Source: Aduncisulcus paluster
Lineage: Eukaryota
Direction of reading: 5' to 3'
Length of the DNA stretch: 40,241 nucleotides
Assembly: GCA_024181965.1 (NCBI GenBank)
Contig: BQXS01012650.1
Span: 1 to 40,241 of the forward strand
Shown: piece by piece, positions 13,101 through 24,428 of the stretch
How positions within the stretch are numbered: the first letter of the stretch is position 1
Layout: each line of letters opens with the position of its first letter
Notes under the pieces: generated by a model
Seen by the model: only the letters and a program-made list of their open reading frames with translations
What the model was told of the DNA's origin: nothing
Database searches by the model: none
Translations under genes and position numbers: made by a program

Positions 13101-13715
13101 TTCTTTATTTTATTCTTCTTCTCAAACCTATGTTGTGATCCCTCCCATGTTCAAGAAATATATGAAACCATTAAAGATCTTCTCGATGGTTGGTTTGAAG
13201 CGATTAAGAAGAAGAAACACGAATGGGGAATCAAATACTGGTCACTACTCATTTCCATGCTATCCACTTCTCNNNNNNNNNNNNNNNNNNNNCCAAACTC
13301 AACTATCTGTTCTGAATCATGGCCATTCTTCCATCCTATTCTTGATGTTGTGAAGAGAAAGTGTTCTGGGGATGAGATTGTTGAACATCAATATTTCTTT
13401 ATTTTATTCTTCTTCTCAAACCTATGTTGTGATCCCTCCCATGTTCAAGAAATATATGAAACCATTAAAGATCTTCTCGATGGTTGGTTTGAAGCGATTA
13501 AGAAGAAGAAACACGAATGGGGAATCAAATACTGGTCACTACTCATTTCCATGCTATCCACTTCTCCATCTCTTGTTCCTTTCTTGTCTCCTAAATATGA
13601 CACCCATATGGAGTGGTGTAAGGATAATGGAGGTTGGAGAAGTTATTATTCAAAGTATTCAAAAAACAGTACCGGAAAATCAAAGAACTCAAACAAAGAG
13701 TGCTTAATAATGTGA
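7151..13715 (+). CDS. Ser/Thr protein kinase with four ~337-aa tandem helical repeats and a C-terminal CaaX motif (~2,027 aa reconstructed)
   Basis: Kinase motifs: GEGGFGEV, VLKK, HRDVKPDN, DLG, GTLVYNSFE. ORFs 7294-11037 and 11034-13715 join once the duplication around gap 10957-10976 (offset 188) is removed; a second duplication lies around 13273-13292 (offset 294). The protein ends KSKNSNKECLIM*. The track start 7294 is a TTG inside the Gly loop. The kinase frame is open from 7195, and the nearest upstream ATG (7151) needs a -1 shift. Confidence 0.9.
9187..13660 (+). repeat. Intragenic tandem array, unit ~1011-1014 bp, at least 4 copies
   Basis: The anchor (K/E)C(P/S)DSE starts at 9187, 10201, 11400 and 12411, giving spacings of 1014, 1011 (after subtracting 188) and 1011. 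A degenerate half-copy precedes the array at ~8640-9160. Confidence 0.92.
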
Positions 13716-14238
13716 TCTTTATCCGAATTTAGATCCTTTCGTTGTTTTTTCTTCATGTTTAGATCCAAGAAAACAAATCTAATTTGAAAGGTGGACGTGC
13801 TGTATTTCATTTAAATGTTTAAATTATTGGATTTTCTGAGTCTTTACAACTCAAACGGGTTAAATCTCTTGTTTCAGTAAGTCGTTCTGATAAAGAATCT
13901 CCTTCTTCTTCCACTCGATTGTCACGTAGTAGATCCTCACACTCGACAGTTACATCTCCTACCCTTCATTCCCAAGAGGTTTCTCCTATCCGATACGTGA
14001 TCATTTTGCTTTTTGCCATTCTGAAGACATTTCGGATTTGTTTGAATTAGAGAGTGAATATTCTTATTTTAAAAATTGTCGGGGAAAAGCAAAGAATCAC
14101 TTAGAATACTTAGTTATTTGATTTATTTTCCATATCGTATATGGCATATACGTAATCTTCAGATGTAAAGAAATTAAAGAAAGAGTGCTTGATCATGTAA
14201 ATAATTCCAATTTCTGAGAACCCGCTGAGCGAGAAATT

Positions 14239-14712
14239 CTATTCCTCAATCATATTTAGGAACAATACACACCTCTCCTTGATGGATAATTTCTTATAAG
14301 ACCGAGCTATTTTTAGAACAATCTCCTGTAATGGCCGAAGTTTGGGATGATTATCTTTGCATAATGCCAAGTTAACCATCAAAATCGTGAACATCTCCAT
14401 GATTTGACCCTCTCCATCCCATCCATCGACATCAGCAATAGTTTCAGCCCAATATGGAAAAACATTGAACAAATCGTTGACAATTTTCTGCTTCATTCCA
14501 TCAATCAAACAGAGGTTTGATAATAGAGGAATAAATGTCCACATGGAACATAAATACGAAGATAAAAGCAGTGAAACTCCCATAGAGAGGAAAGGATTAT
14601 CACATCCAATAGCAGGGAAACATGGAAGATGTATCTCTGAATTTGAATGGCTTGAATCCATCTTCTTTTCTTCAGAGGGCTTTCCTTTCATTTCTTCATA
14701 AAGCTTCATCAT
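14239..14712 (-). CDS. Hypothetical protein, helical/ARM-like C-terminal half
   Basis: 157-aa ATG-started ORF in otherwise AT-rich DNA. It has amphipathic helices (MFTILMVNLAL...LQEIVLKIAR...IKERCVLFLNMI). The 5' end is uncertain. Confidence 0.5.
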   Translation of the reverse strand: MMKLYEEMKGKPSEEKKMDSSHSNSEIHLPCFPAIGCDNPFLSMGVSLLLSSYLCSMWTFIPLLSNLCLIDGMKQKIVNDLFNVFPYWAETIADVDGWDGEGQIMEMFTILMVNLALCKDNHPKLRPLQEIVLKIARSYKKLSIKERCVLFLNMIEE

Positions 14713-14922
14713 AATCTTTCTTCTTCTCCCACATTTCCATTAAAGTACTGATGTTCCGTCTCTTGATTCGTTCACGGCTATTCTCCTCAGATGCTAGCGT
14801 CTCTTGAGAGTCATGATAATCGAATCATTTCAATGGATAGTGATCTGGCAATAATATGGCAATATGATCATATACAATGTATATACATTGTATATTATAC
14901 ATAGTATAAATGTTTATTCGAC

Positions 14923-17900
14923 TTACATATCAATATCCATCAAACGATCATCATTCGGAAACGCAGGGAAAACTCGCGCACGTAAACGTTCAACCTCTTC
15001 CAAGAGCTCATCACGTTCTAATTGGTGTCTATGTATAACCCGTTTAAGATTGGCACGATCTTTTACAGTTTGGAATCTGGCTTCATGTGATACAACCTTC
15101 TCTTCTTTCATGCCGACAGCTACACTCTTCCTCTGATCGACTTCTTCCTTCTCATGAATTGCTCTCCGCTTCAAAGTCTTTGTCTGGCGTCTTAGCTTTT
15201 CAGTTGAGCGAATAATATTAGCTATTCGTTTCTTCTGATCCTCTTGTTTAACATTATTCCAATGGTGAGAAGTTGTAAGTTGTTGTTTAAGCTTGGAAGT
15301 TTCACGAGCATGCATAGCAGATACATCTCCACCGACTTGTTCCAGTAGAGATTGGGTAACCTTGGTAACACGTTCAAGCTGGAATTCTTGCGTTTCCTCA
15401 GTTGTTTTTGAAATTTCGAATTGAAGCCGCTTAAGACGCCATTTCAACTTCCTCAAGTTCACATTTGCCTGACATAACAAGACAGCAGCTTTCAAACGTT
15501 GCTGGGCGGCCATAAACACACGTTTGTTCAGAGAGTGAATATCAGTTTGTTTCACGACAACTACATCATCCTGAACAGCTCGTAATTCCTCAACATCCAC
15601 CTCAACCTGACGCTGTGGAATACGCACGACTCTAGCACAGTCAACAAGAGTGCTGAAACGATGTTTTGATTCATCAGCAAGCATAGAAATGCCCTTTTGT
15701 TGAAGGGTACGAAGAGCATCTGTCAAAAGGTTCAATGACATTTTGTATGTTTTGGCGTGATTCTCATAGTTTCTGAGTAACCAAGTTTCAACAGATATAC
15801 GACAAAGATCAATATAAACGTGATAAGCCTTAGCAGTAGAACCAGAAATAACCTCGTCCGCCCGTGGAGCAAGTGCTGCCACAAATATCTCCCTACATTC
15901 ATCCTCTGTTCTATTTTTAGCACCCAAACTGACGGGAAGATACATGACTTTTGCGGTCTCACACATCATTCCAAGAGTGAGAGGAAGAGGAGGAAGTGGA
16001 ACGACAGCTGAGGGATCATGTGAATTCGTCCAGAGTTCTTCCTCTGTGACACTGACTTTTCCATCACGTTCTCTCACATGACGAATCAATCCTTGCACAA
16101 TCTTTGAAACCAGAGTAACGTCTGACTTATTCTTTAATTTGGCACGAAGTTCAGACCCAGCCTGAGTCAGTTTCTTGAACTTACGATCAAGACGATCTTT
16201 TTCCTTACTCAGAGCAACATTCTGAGCCTCTATATTGGACATGTTCTGTGAAAGATTCTGTTGCAATGAAGAGGCATTCAATAACAATTTATCGACAGTC
16301 TCCATTGTTGTTTTGAAAGCATATGGGTCGTGAGGGGAACACAACAAAGAGAGAGAACATAAAAGGGAAGAAAGAGTGTCAATTGGGGAAGAGTATGACT
16401 CGGTGAGCATGACAGCTTCAACTTTCCTCCTCTCTTTGCCACGTTTTTCAACTTTTCCACCCTTGTCAAGGGATGTGAGTTGTCCTTCGGGTTCAAGAGA
16501 GACGAGTTCTTCCTCATCTTCGTCAATGGCAGCCACAGATCCAGGTTTACCCAAAGAGCCAGTACTTTCACCTTTACCGCGTAGTTTACGCTTCTTTTTA
16601 AGTCCCCCAGTGGCTTTAGCATTTTCTTTATCTCTTTCCTTTCGAAGTTTCTCTTGTTTTTCTTTCTCCTCTTTCCTCTTCAGCCTCTCTTTCTCTTTCC
16701 TTTCCGCTTCTTCACGTTGTTTCCTCTCTTTATATCCTTCTCCCTTGGTTTTAGAAATCTGCTTGCTAATTTGTTTGACAAGTTGCTCATTTTCTTTCAT
16801 GGTACTGTCATCCTCCAAGACAGCCTTTCTCTCACAGAACACATCACGTGGAATCTCTTCAGTCGTGTCAACGATTAGTTCCTCATAGTGGTCAACAAAG
16901 AGAGAGAAAGGGAGGGATTTGTATGAATGATCAAGAATTTCACAACACGACAGGAGACAGCATTCCATAGCAAGTTCACACTCAGAGCATCTCTCAAGGG
17001 TTCCAATCCTCTGTTTGTGCAGATCGACAAGGGATGTATTGAATTCACTGATAATGTCCTTACAACGGCCAACACATTTTCTGTACTCACTCTCATAACC
17101 AGCTCTGGCCTTCACACGTTCACTCAGAGCCTTCTCCATCTTCTCAATCCAGCCCTGTAACTGTTGTTTAATCTGCTGGGGAAGTGACTGAGTCCCCACA
17201 ACTCGTAATAAGATATTCCTTGGAATGCAGAGGTTCTTAGAGGCCAAGAGTTCATCCTGAGTCGGGGCCAACGATCCATTCATCATCTCCATCAAAGCAC
17301 GGCGCCCTGCTTCTGTTCCTTTCTTGAGCTGTTCCTTCTTGAGTTCTTCTTGCCGCTTCTTCTCAGCAAGCTTCTGTTCCTCAGCAGTGAGGACTTTCTC
17401 AACTCCCATCCTAAGAACATCTTCCTCACTCACAACAATTTGTTCGCTGATCTTCTTCTCCTCAAGTTTGTCTTCATTTGAGATGATGGGGAGTTGGGGA
17501 CTTCCAATTGGAAGCACAGGTCCCTTGAATTGTTCACCAATGATGGAATCAAGCCTCTCTTCCGTTTTCTCTTCCAAGTCAAGTGTGACAAACGTGTTAA
17601 CAGCTTGAAGACGTTTGCTAAGCTCATGTTCATGAGCGTTCACAACTCCTATATTGTGGCTACAATCTTTCATTTTCTCAACCAAACTGACCAAATTCTG
17701 ACGAACTTGTAACTTCTTACCGAATAAAGATTTGAATGATTCTCCATAAGTTGTCTTGATAAGATTTGAGATACTGGAGAGCAATACACACTCAGATAAG
17801 AGAGCAAATGGAGTGAAAAGGAAAGAGGAAGCAGAGAGAAGGGCAGGAGACGTAACAGTCGCAAAGAAATCAGTCTCGGTGTCAGATTCAAGCGGAGACC

Positions 17901-20900
17901 CATTCTGTACATTCACAATAATCGAGTGAATGAGTGAAGCAAGAAGAATGGAGGGATCGGAGGTAAATAGAGAAGAGGATGAAGACGTGAATGAGGCAGC
18001 AATGGCATTCGAAGCTGAAGCAAGAGCATCTTCTTTCTCTCTCTCAGCGGCAGCAGCAGCAGCCTTCTTGCTGCTCATCCTAGTGCGTGTCTTTGTACCA
18101 GCCTCCTTCTTCTCTTGTCTGACCTTACGCTCTTCCTCGATCTCATCCTTCATGTGCGTGCTATAGTTCATGTCACCAACAAACAGAGGGAGTTCACTGT
18201 CAAGGCAAGAGAATACAGAGTATGACGACTTGGTCATCTCAGGTTTTGTATCCTCAAGATGGGACATCATAGAAGTCTTGAGAGAGGTCTGGCATTCCTC
18301 TCCGCCTTCCCTTCTCCTCTCCCACTCCTTGAGAGCTTCCTCAGCGAAACGGAGTCCCTTGACACGGATTCTCTCCCTACGCATGCTTGCAGTGTTCACA
18401 GGAGCCGGGATACATAACACAGCAGGCAAATTGTCAGCACTAAGCTCTCCACTGCTCTGAGCAATGAGAGAAGAGGCAGACTGAGAGTGGGGCAGCACAG
18501 CAGATGAAGTGTGAGTCGTCAATGTAGCTTGGGAGGCTGAGGGATTGAGAGTTGAACGGCTTGTGCTTCTACTAAGAGATTTTTCCTCATGCAATTGTTC
18601 AAGAGGGTAAATCGTTGTGCATTCCAAATCCTCACATTTGTCAAGAGTATACTCAAGTGCTTTGTGCTGAACAAGCTTTGCGGCAACAATAGCACGCTGA
18701 CACTCACGTTGTTTTCGCTCAACTGCAATTGAAATCGATTCGTTAGCCTCTGAGAGACGATCAGAATCGAGGAATAGGCTTGTAATTGGCACTTGATGAG
18801 ACACTGGAGCACTTTCATTCTCATCTCTCAATTTATCTGCCTGTTGCCGAATGTCATCCAACCTCCTTCGAATGAAAGAGGAAGAAACAGCGGTAGCGGC
18901 TGAAGTGTTGATGGTCGCAGCAGACTGGAGAGAAGAAGAGTTTCCAGAAGTGCTGGATACAGGACGTTTCTCCTGCATTCTCTTCTCATACGTCAAAATA
19001 CATGAGAGCATCGTACAATGTGGTTGGAAGGGGACTCTCTTCGGATCAACAGACAAGCTCTGGAGGGAGAAAAGAGAAGCAGAAGAGCACGAAGCATGCA
19101 GGATAGACACAGAAGGAGAGGACATTAGAGTCATCCTTTCTTGCTCAACGCGTTTCTCATGCTCTTCAAGCTCATTTCTCTTCATTTTCTTACGCAACTC
19201 GACCAGTTTAGCCAAGGCATATAACCTTCCTTCAATACCATATAATGGAAGGAATCGAACACCACTCTCACGTTCTCTCATCATTCTGAGCTCAACAGAC
19301 TGCAGGAAAGCAGTCAAAGCCTCAGAAACAGCATGTGGCAGCTCATTTTCAGCATCACACAACAAATCCTCGGCCATCTTATCACGTTCTTCCAGTAATT
19401 GCTCACGAGCAGCTTCAATATCTTGTTGCTTGCTTCTCCATCCTTCCTCAACGTCATCATCAACAGGTGGATAAGACCCCTGAACAATCTTTCCATCAGC
19501 CAGGACAGCGCCAATAATCTGTGTTTCAGGGTCAAGGCGAACAGAAATCACAGAAGCAGCGGTGCTTCCTTCAAGGGCATGAACGGTTAGGGCCGGTGAA
19601 GCAATCTCCGGACTTCCTGGGGCCATTCCAACGATTGGAGAGATGGGAGCGCCACTAATGACACCAGAAACAGAATCGTTCATGATGACGTTCCGACGTT
19701 CACTTGAAGATCCATATACACCACCGATTGAATTTCTGATTCTAAAAATAGAAACAATTCCAGAAATAGTACCTACCAAGATCTCTTCACAGTCAATTGA
19801 GGACTCTGAGGAATCCTTATCGAAGCCAGTGCCATCAGCGTTGGGAATCCGTTCTTTCCACTCACTCATCCATCCCACATCACGACGTTCACACACAGAA
19901 ATGCATGACAGAGGGACATGGGCACGGGATATTTGAGGAGCGAGAGAGTAACTGCCAAGCATGATCGAACTTGATGAAGGCGGAATGAACGAACATCCCT
20001 TGTATGCTTCTGGAGACCCATGAGGAGGAGGAACATTCAAATTGAGCCTCACAACCATTCCATCATCCCCATCACATGCTACGTACACGTACTCCCGACC
20101 GACAGCAATGCCAATGACATGCTGTTTCTTGATCTGAGACTGAAGATCACACAGACCGACCAAGGAGAAGGGTGAGAACATGGATAGGGACGGACGGAGG
20201 GAATTGGGAGGAGGTGGAGGTGACATATCACCGATATCAGAGTCACGAGGGGACCGGGCAGTCTTGGATTCTGTCTGTTTACGACGATCTCCCCACAAAC
20301 TCTCAAGAACATCTTCGTTCATCTCGAGGTAGAGAACGTCAGAGCCACCAGTGGACACAACTACCCTAGATGAGTGTTGACCGAGACCAATGCACTTGAT
20401 AGGCGTTGAAGCAACGCATATACTTCCAACAAATCTCAAGTTGAGTGAAGGGAACTTTCCTTCCTCTCTTCTTCCTTCAATGTCCATGCCAGGAAGATCA
20501 TCCTCAGCACCATCCCCTTCCTTCTCTGCATGGCTAAGCTGTTTGTGGAAGGAAATAACATCAGCATCATCATCCTNNNNNNNNNNNNNNNNNNNNGGTA
20601 GAGAACGTCAGAGCCACCAGTGGACACAACTACCCTAGATGAGTGTTGACCGAGACCAATGCACTTGATAGGCGTTGAAGCAACGCATATACTTCCAACA
20701 AATCTCAAGTTGAGTGAAGGGAACTTTCCTTCCTCTCTTCTTCCTTCAATGTCCATGCCAGGAAGATCATCCTCAGCACCATCACCTTCCTTCTCTGCAT
20801 GGCTAAGCTGTTTGTGGAAGGAAATAACATCAGCATCATCATCCTGAGTCACCATTAGATACACCACATAACCTTTGTGAGTACCAACAAGAATAGTGGA

Positions 20901-23900
20901 GCCTCGGGAACACATGCATGTGACATTTCCAATATGGGGAGGCAGAGAGAACAGGGAAGACGACGAGGAGAGACACACGAGAGGAGGAGGAGTTGGGGGC
21001 TTCATTATCATCATTCTGGAAGGAGATGGAGAGGAATCGGAAGCAACACGAGCTCGTGCCATCAGAGAATCTGGAGGAGGATGAGGAATGCAAGGTCTTG
21101 GAATATCATTAACACATGGAAGGAACACACCCTTATTGGTAATGATTCCACACATAACGACATTGTCAATGGAAATACATACACACTCGCGACCTCCAGC
21201 ACCGAGCAACATGCTCTGTTCGATCATCTTACGTTCCTCTCCCTTCGATCTCAGCAATATCTGTTCCAATAACTGGGATGAAGAGGTGTCACTTGAGAGC
21301 GGAGAGGAGCCAGATGTGGGAGAGGAGGAAGGAGACGCAGGAATAGGAGGATGATGGTCTTTGACAGCTATACAGGGTTCACTGCAGACAATGCCATAGT
21401 GGTCTTCAGTGCCTTCGATGATGGGAGAGTGGTGCAAAATACTCACAAAAGCATACCAAATATCAGAATCGGGAGTGTCGAGGTGGGAAAGAGTCCTGTC
21501 TCCTGGCTGTGGTAAGTCATCAATCTGCAAGTGAATAGAATGATCCATATCGTGATGACCATCAGTCAACTTGGCACGATCAATCTCTGAGTTTGTGGAC
21601 ACATGATGGCTGGGAAGCACACCAATGCACTTCAGACGTTCACGAGGACGCTCAATCACCATCACCCACCACATCTCACTCTCACAAACAGACTCAGCAA
21701 GGGGGTAGAGCAGAGAGTTTGATCGATGAAGAGATAATACAGTTTCTATTTTTGGAATGACTGAGAAAGTACTAATGATATTACCATACACAGATCTACA
21801 TGTAATGATATGGTCAGGGTGTTGATAATCGTGATAGGAGAGAATGCTGATAGGTGTGTTTGACAGAGGCCTTGGAGGAAGGGGAACTCCAGATGATAGA
21901 GTTGAGTGCACCGAAGGAGAAGGAGAGAGTCCATTGTTTGCATTTGGAAGATATTCCTTTTCAAAGCCTTCAAAACTAACGCGATGGCCCGAATTAGAAC
22001 CAAACTCACCAGTATGCTCGAGGATTCTCTTGTCATCTTCGTCTCTTTTCCTCTCAGCTTCCTCGTCTCTCCTCCATACACAAACTACCACACCATCCAC
22101 GACATGCACACCAAGAGGAAATATTGGGAACCTCGTGTGCGGGATGGTAAGCTGGAAAGGAACAATCACAATAGGAGGAAGCGATGGAATAACAGAATTG
22201 GAGGCCGTCGACACCTCAGTGGCCTTTGATTTACCCTTTCCACGCTTTGCACGAGACTGTTTGGACTTGTCATCCTTAGAGCGATCATGTTTCATAGGAT
22301 TCTTAATGCTGAGCTTCAGGAACATCGTGGGACTTTGCTCAAGAAGCATGGACTCTTCCTCTTCAGAACTGGAATGGCTGTCACTCAACACACTGGCACG
22401 CCGTTGAGATTCAATGTTTATACTGGCACGTCGCAGCCTCATGCTCGGCGATATAGATTCGCTGGATCTCACGGCAATAATGCATGAGTACATCACAGAC
22501 TTGCTCTTCTCTTCTTCCTCCTCAGAGCTCCACGATATGCTCACAATTGCATGCTTGGGAGGCTTCAAAGAGAAAGGCAAGGGGGATAGAGGATCAATGA
22601 AGGAGAAAGGGGAGACATAATCCCGAGCTTCTTTAAACATGGATAATGTAAGCGTATCATTTCCACCGAGTTCATTGCTATCCATCCGCCCAGAATCCTG
22701 TCTAATATCGAACTCATCGTCATCCTCCATATCAAGGCCTCTCGAGTCAACTTCACCAGTCACAGAGTCTTCATCTCCTTCGGAGGGAGGCATACGTGAG
22801 TGGGCTGCAAGGTTGGCTGGGTTCAGAATGTCAGATCCACCGGCATGGTCCCTAGCACTGTGAGGCTCNNNNNNNNNNNNNNNNNNNNGATAGAGGATCA
22901 ATGAAGGAGAAAGGGGAGACATAATCCCGAGCTTCTTTAAACATGGATAATGTAAGCGTATCATTTCCACCGAGTTCATTGCTATCCATCCGCCCAGAAT
23001 CCTGTCTAATATCGAACTCATCGTCATCCTCCATATCAAGGCCTCTCGAGTCAACTTCACCAGTCACAGAGTCTTCATCTCCTTCGGAGGGAGGCATACG
23101 TGAGTGGGCTGCAAGGTTGGCTGGGTTCAGAATGTCAGATCCACCGGCATGGTCCCTAGCACTGTGAGGCTCTTCCTCTTCAGCGGTGGTATCCTTGGCA
23201 AAGTCAGGTTCACTCAGAAAGTTCACAAGATCAGCGGCAGAAAGGCCGAAAAGAAGGCTTGGCACATCATCATGAGGAGAAGGAGGGACGGAACCACCAG
23301 TACGGGCTGTGGCAGTACCAGACAAAGCAGAGCGAGGAACAGGATTTGGAGTGATTAGTTGAGGCATTGAAGAGGCTTTGACAATGACTTCTATAGGAAT
23401 TACCTGTGTTTTAATGAAAGGTTTGACGAATTTGATAATTTTACACACTAATACTGCATGTTTTCCATATACAATAAAGAACGAGTCATCCCAGGGACAA
23501 AACGAAACCCCAACAATATTGCTGCTTTCATTATCAGATTTAATTGATGATATGTCGCTATTCTGTTCAGAAACAGTCCGTGTAAGAGTAGAAGGAATAA
23601 CTGTGTTACAGAGAAAACTCCTTGTTTTTATAATGAAAATACTTATATCAAAATCAAAATTTACCAACAAATAATTGGCATCTGCAGACAGTGCAAGTCG
23701 TTGAACAGGAGATTTCATGACAATTGATTGTACCTCATCTTCTTCATCAATAATATGACATTTAGACACACAACTTCCTTCTACAGTTGCAATAACCTTT
23801 AAAGAACCAGTTTGACTTGCCACAAATGCAGTAATTTCGCAGTTTGCAAAACGTTCCCTTACACTATCATGTATAGAAGATAAAAAGAAGACATCATCAA

Positions 23901-23943
23901 TAGGATGATGATATCTGCTATCTTCAAAAATATTTCTTCTCAT
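14923..23943 (-). CDS. CFAP43: Cilia- and flagella-associated protein 43 (WDR96), ~2,815 aa reconstructed
   Basis: Three ORFs join in frame after removing duplications at gaps 20577-20596 (offset 269) and 22869-22888 (offset 304). It has N-terminal WD40-like strands and C-terminal coiled coils. CFAP43 signatures: RRALMEMMNGSL, IPQRQVEV, IHSLNKRV, LKWRLKRL, and terminal EVERLRARVFPAF. There is an alternative in-frame ATG at 24030. Confidence 0.88.
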
Positions 23944-24428
23944 ACAGCTACAAAAAAATGTATGGAAATAGCTGTTTGTACGAAAAACGAAAATTTTCTT
24001 AATACAAGGTCGAAAAGGAATGCAAAGCATATATCGACAACCATTTACTAATTAATGCCTAGGCATTATTCAATATTTTTTATTCAACCAAATAGAACAA
24101 AAGGATTCTAGAATATAATCAGTCTATTAATTCAAGATGATATTATTCTCCATTTCATCATTATAAAGGAACGTCAAATATATATTTCATCTCTTAAAGA
24201 AAGAAACTATTTCAAAACGTGCTCCAGCGCCAATCAATAAAAGATACGTGACCAGATCAGATAATAACTAGTTATTATACTATAAAACGTTATATACTTA
24301 TTATAATAGTATTAATTCAGATGACCGATCTACGAATATTGAGTGGATTAGGTATGATAAAATCGAAACACAATTTTCTTGGCATTTGTACATAATTCGA
24401 TAATATATTTCTTTGAAATCACTCTTTA

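Noticed and set aside
13895-13920. Short match to the kinase-repeat SSSTRS-coding sequence downstream of the stop
   Set aside because: About 16 bp of pyrimidine-rich sequence, too short to call a repeat remnant.
15732-23674. Many antisense or alternate-frame ORFs over CFAP43 (similar ones over the kinase, UTP14, RPC3 and SNF2)
   Set aside because: They are shadow ORFs of low-complexity coding sequence with no independent motifs.
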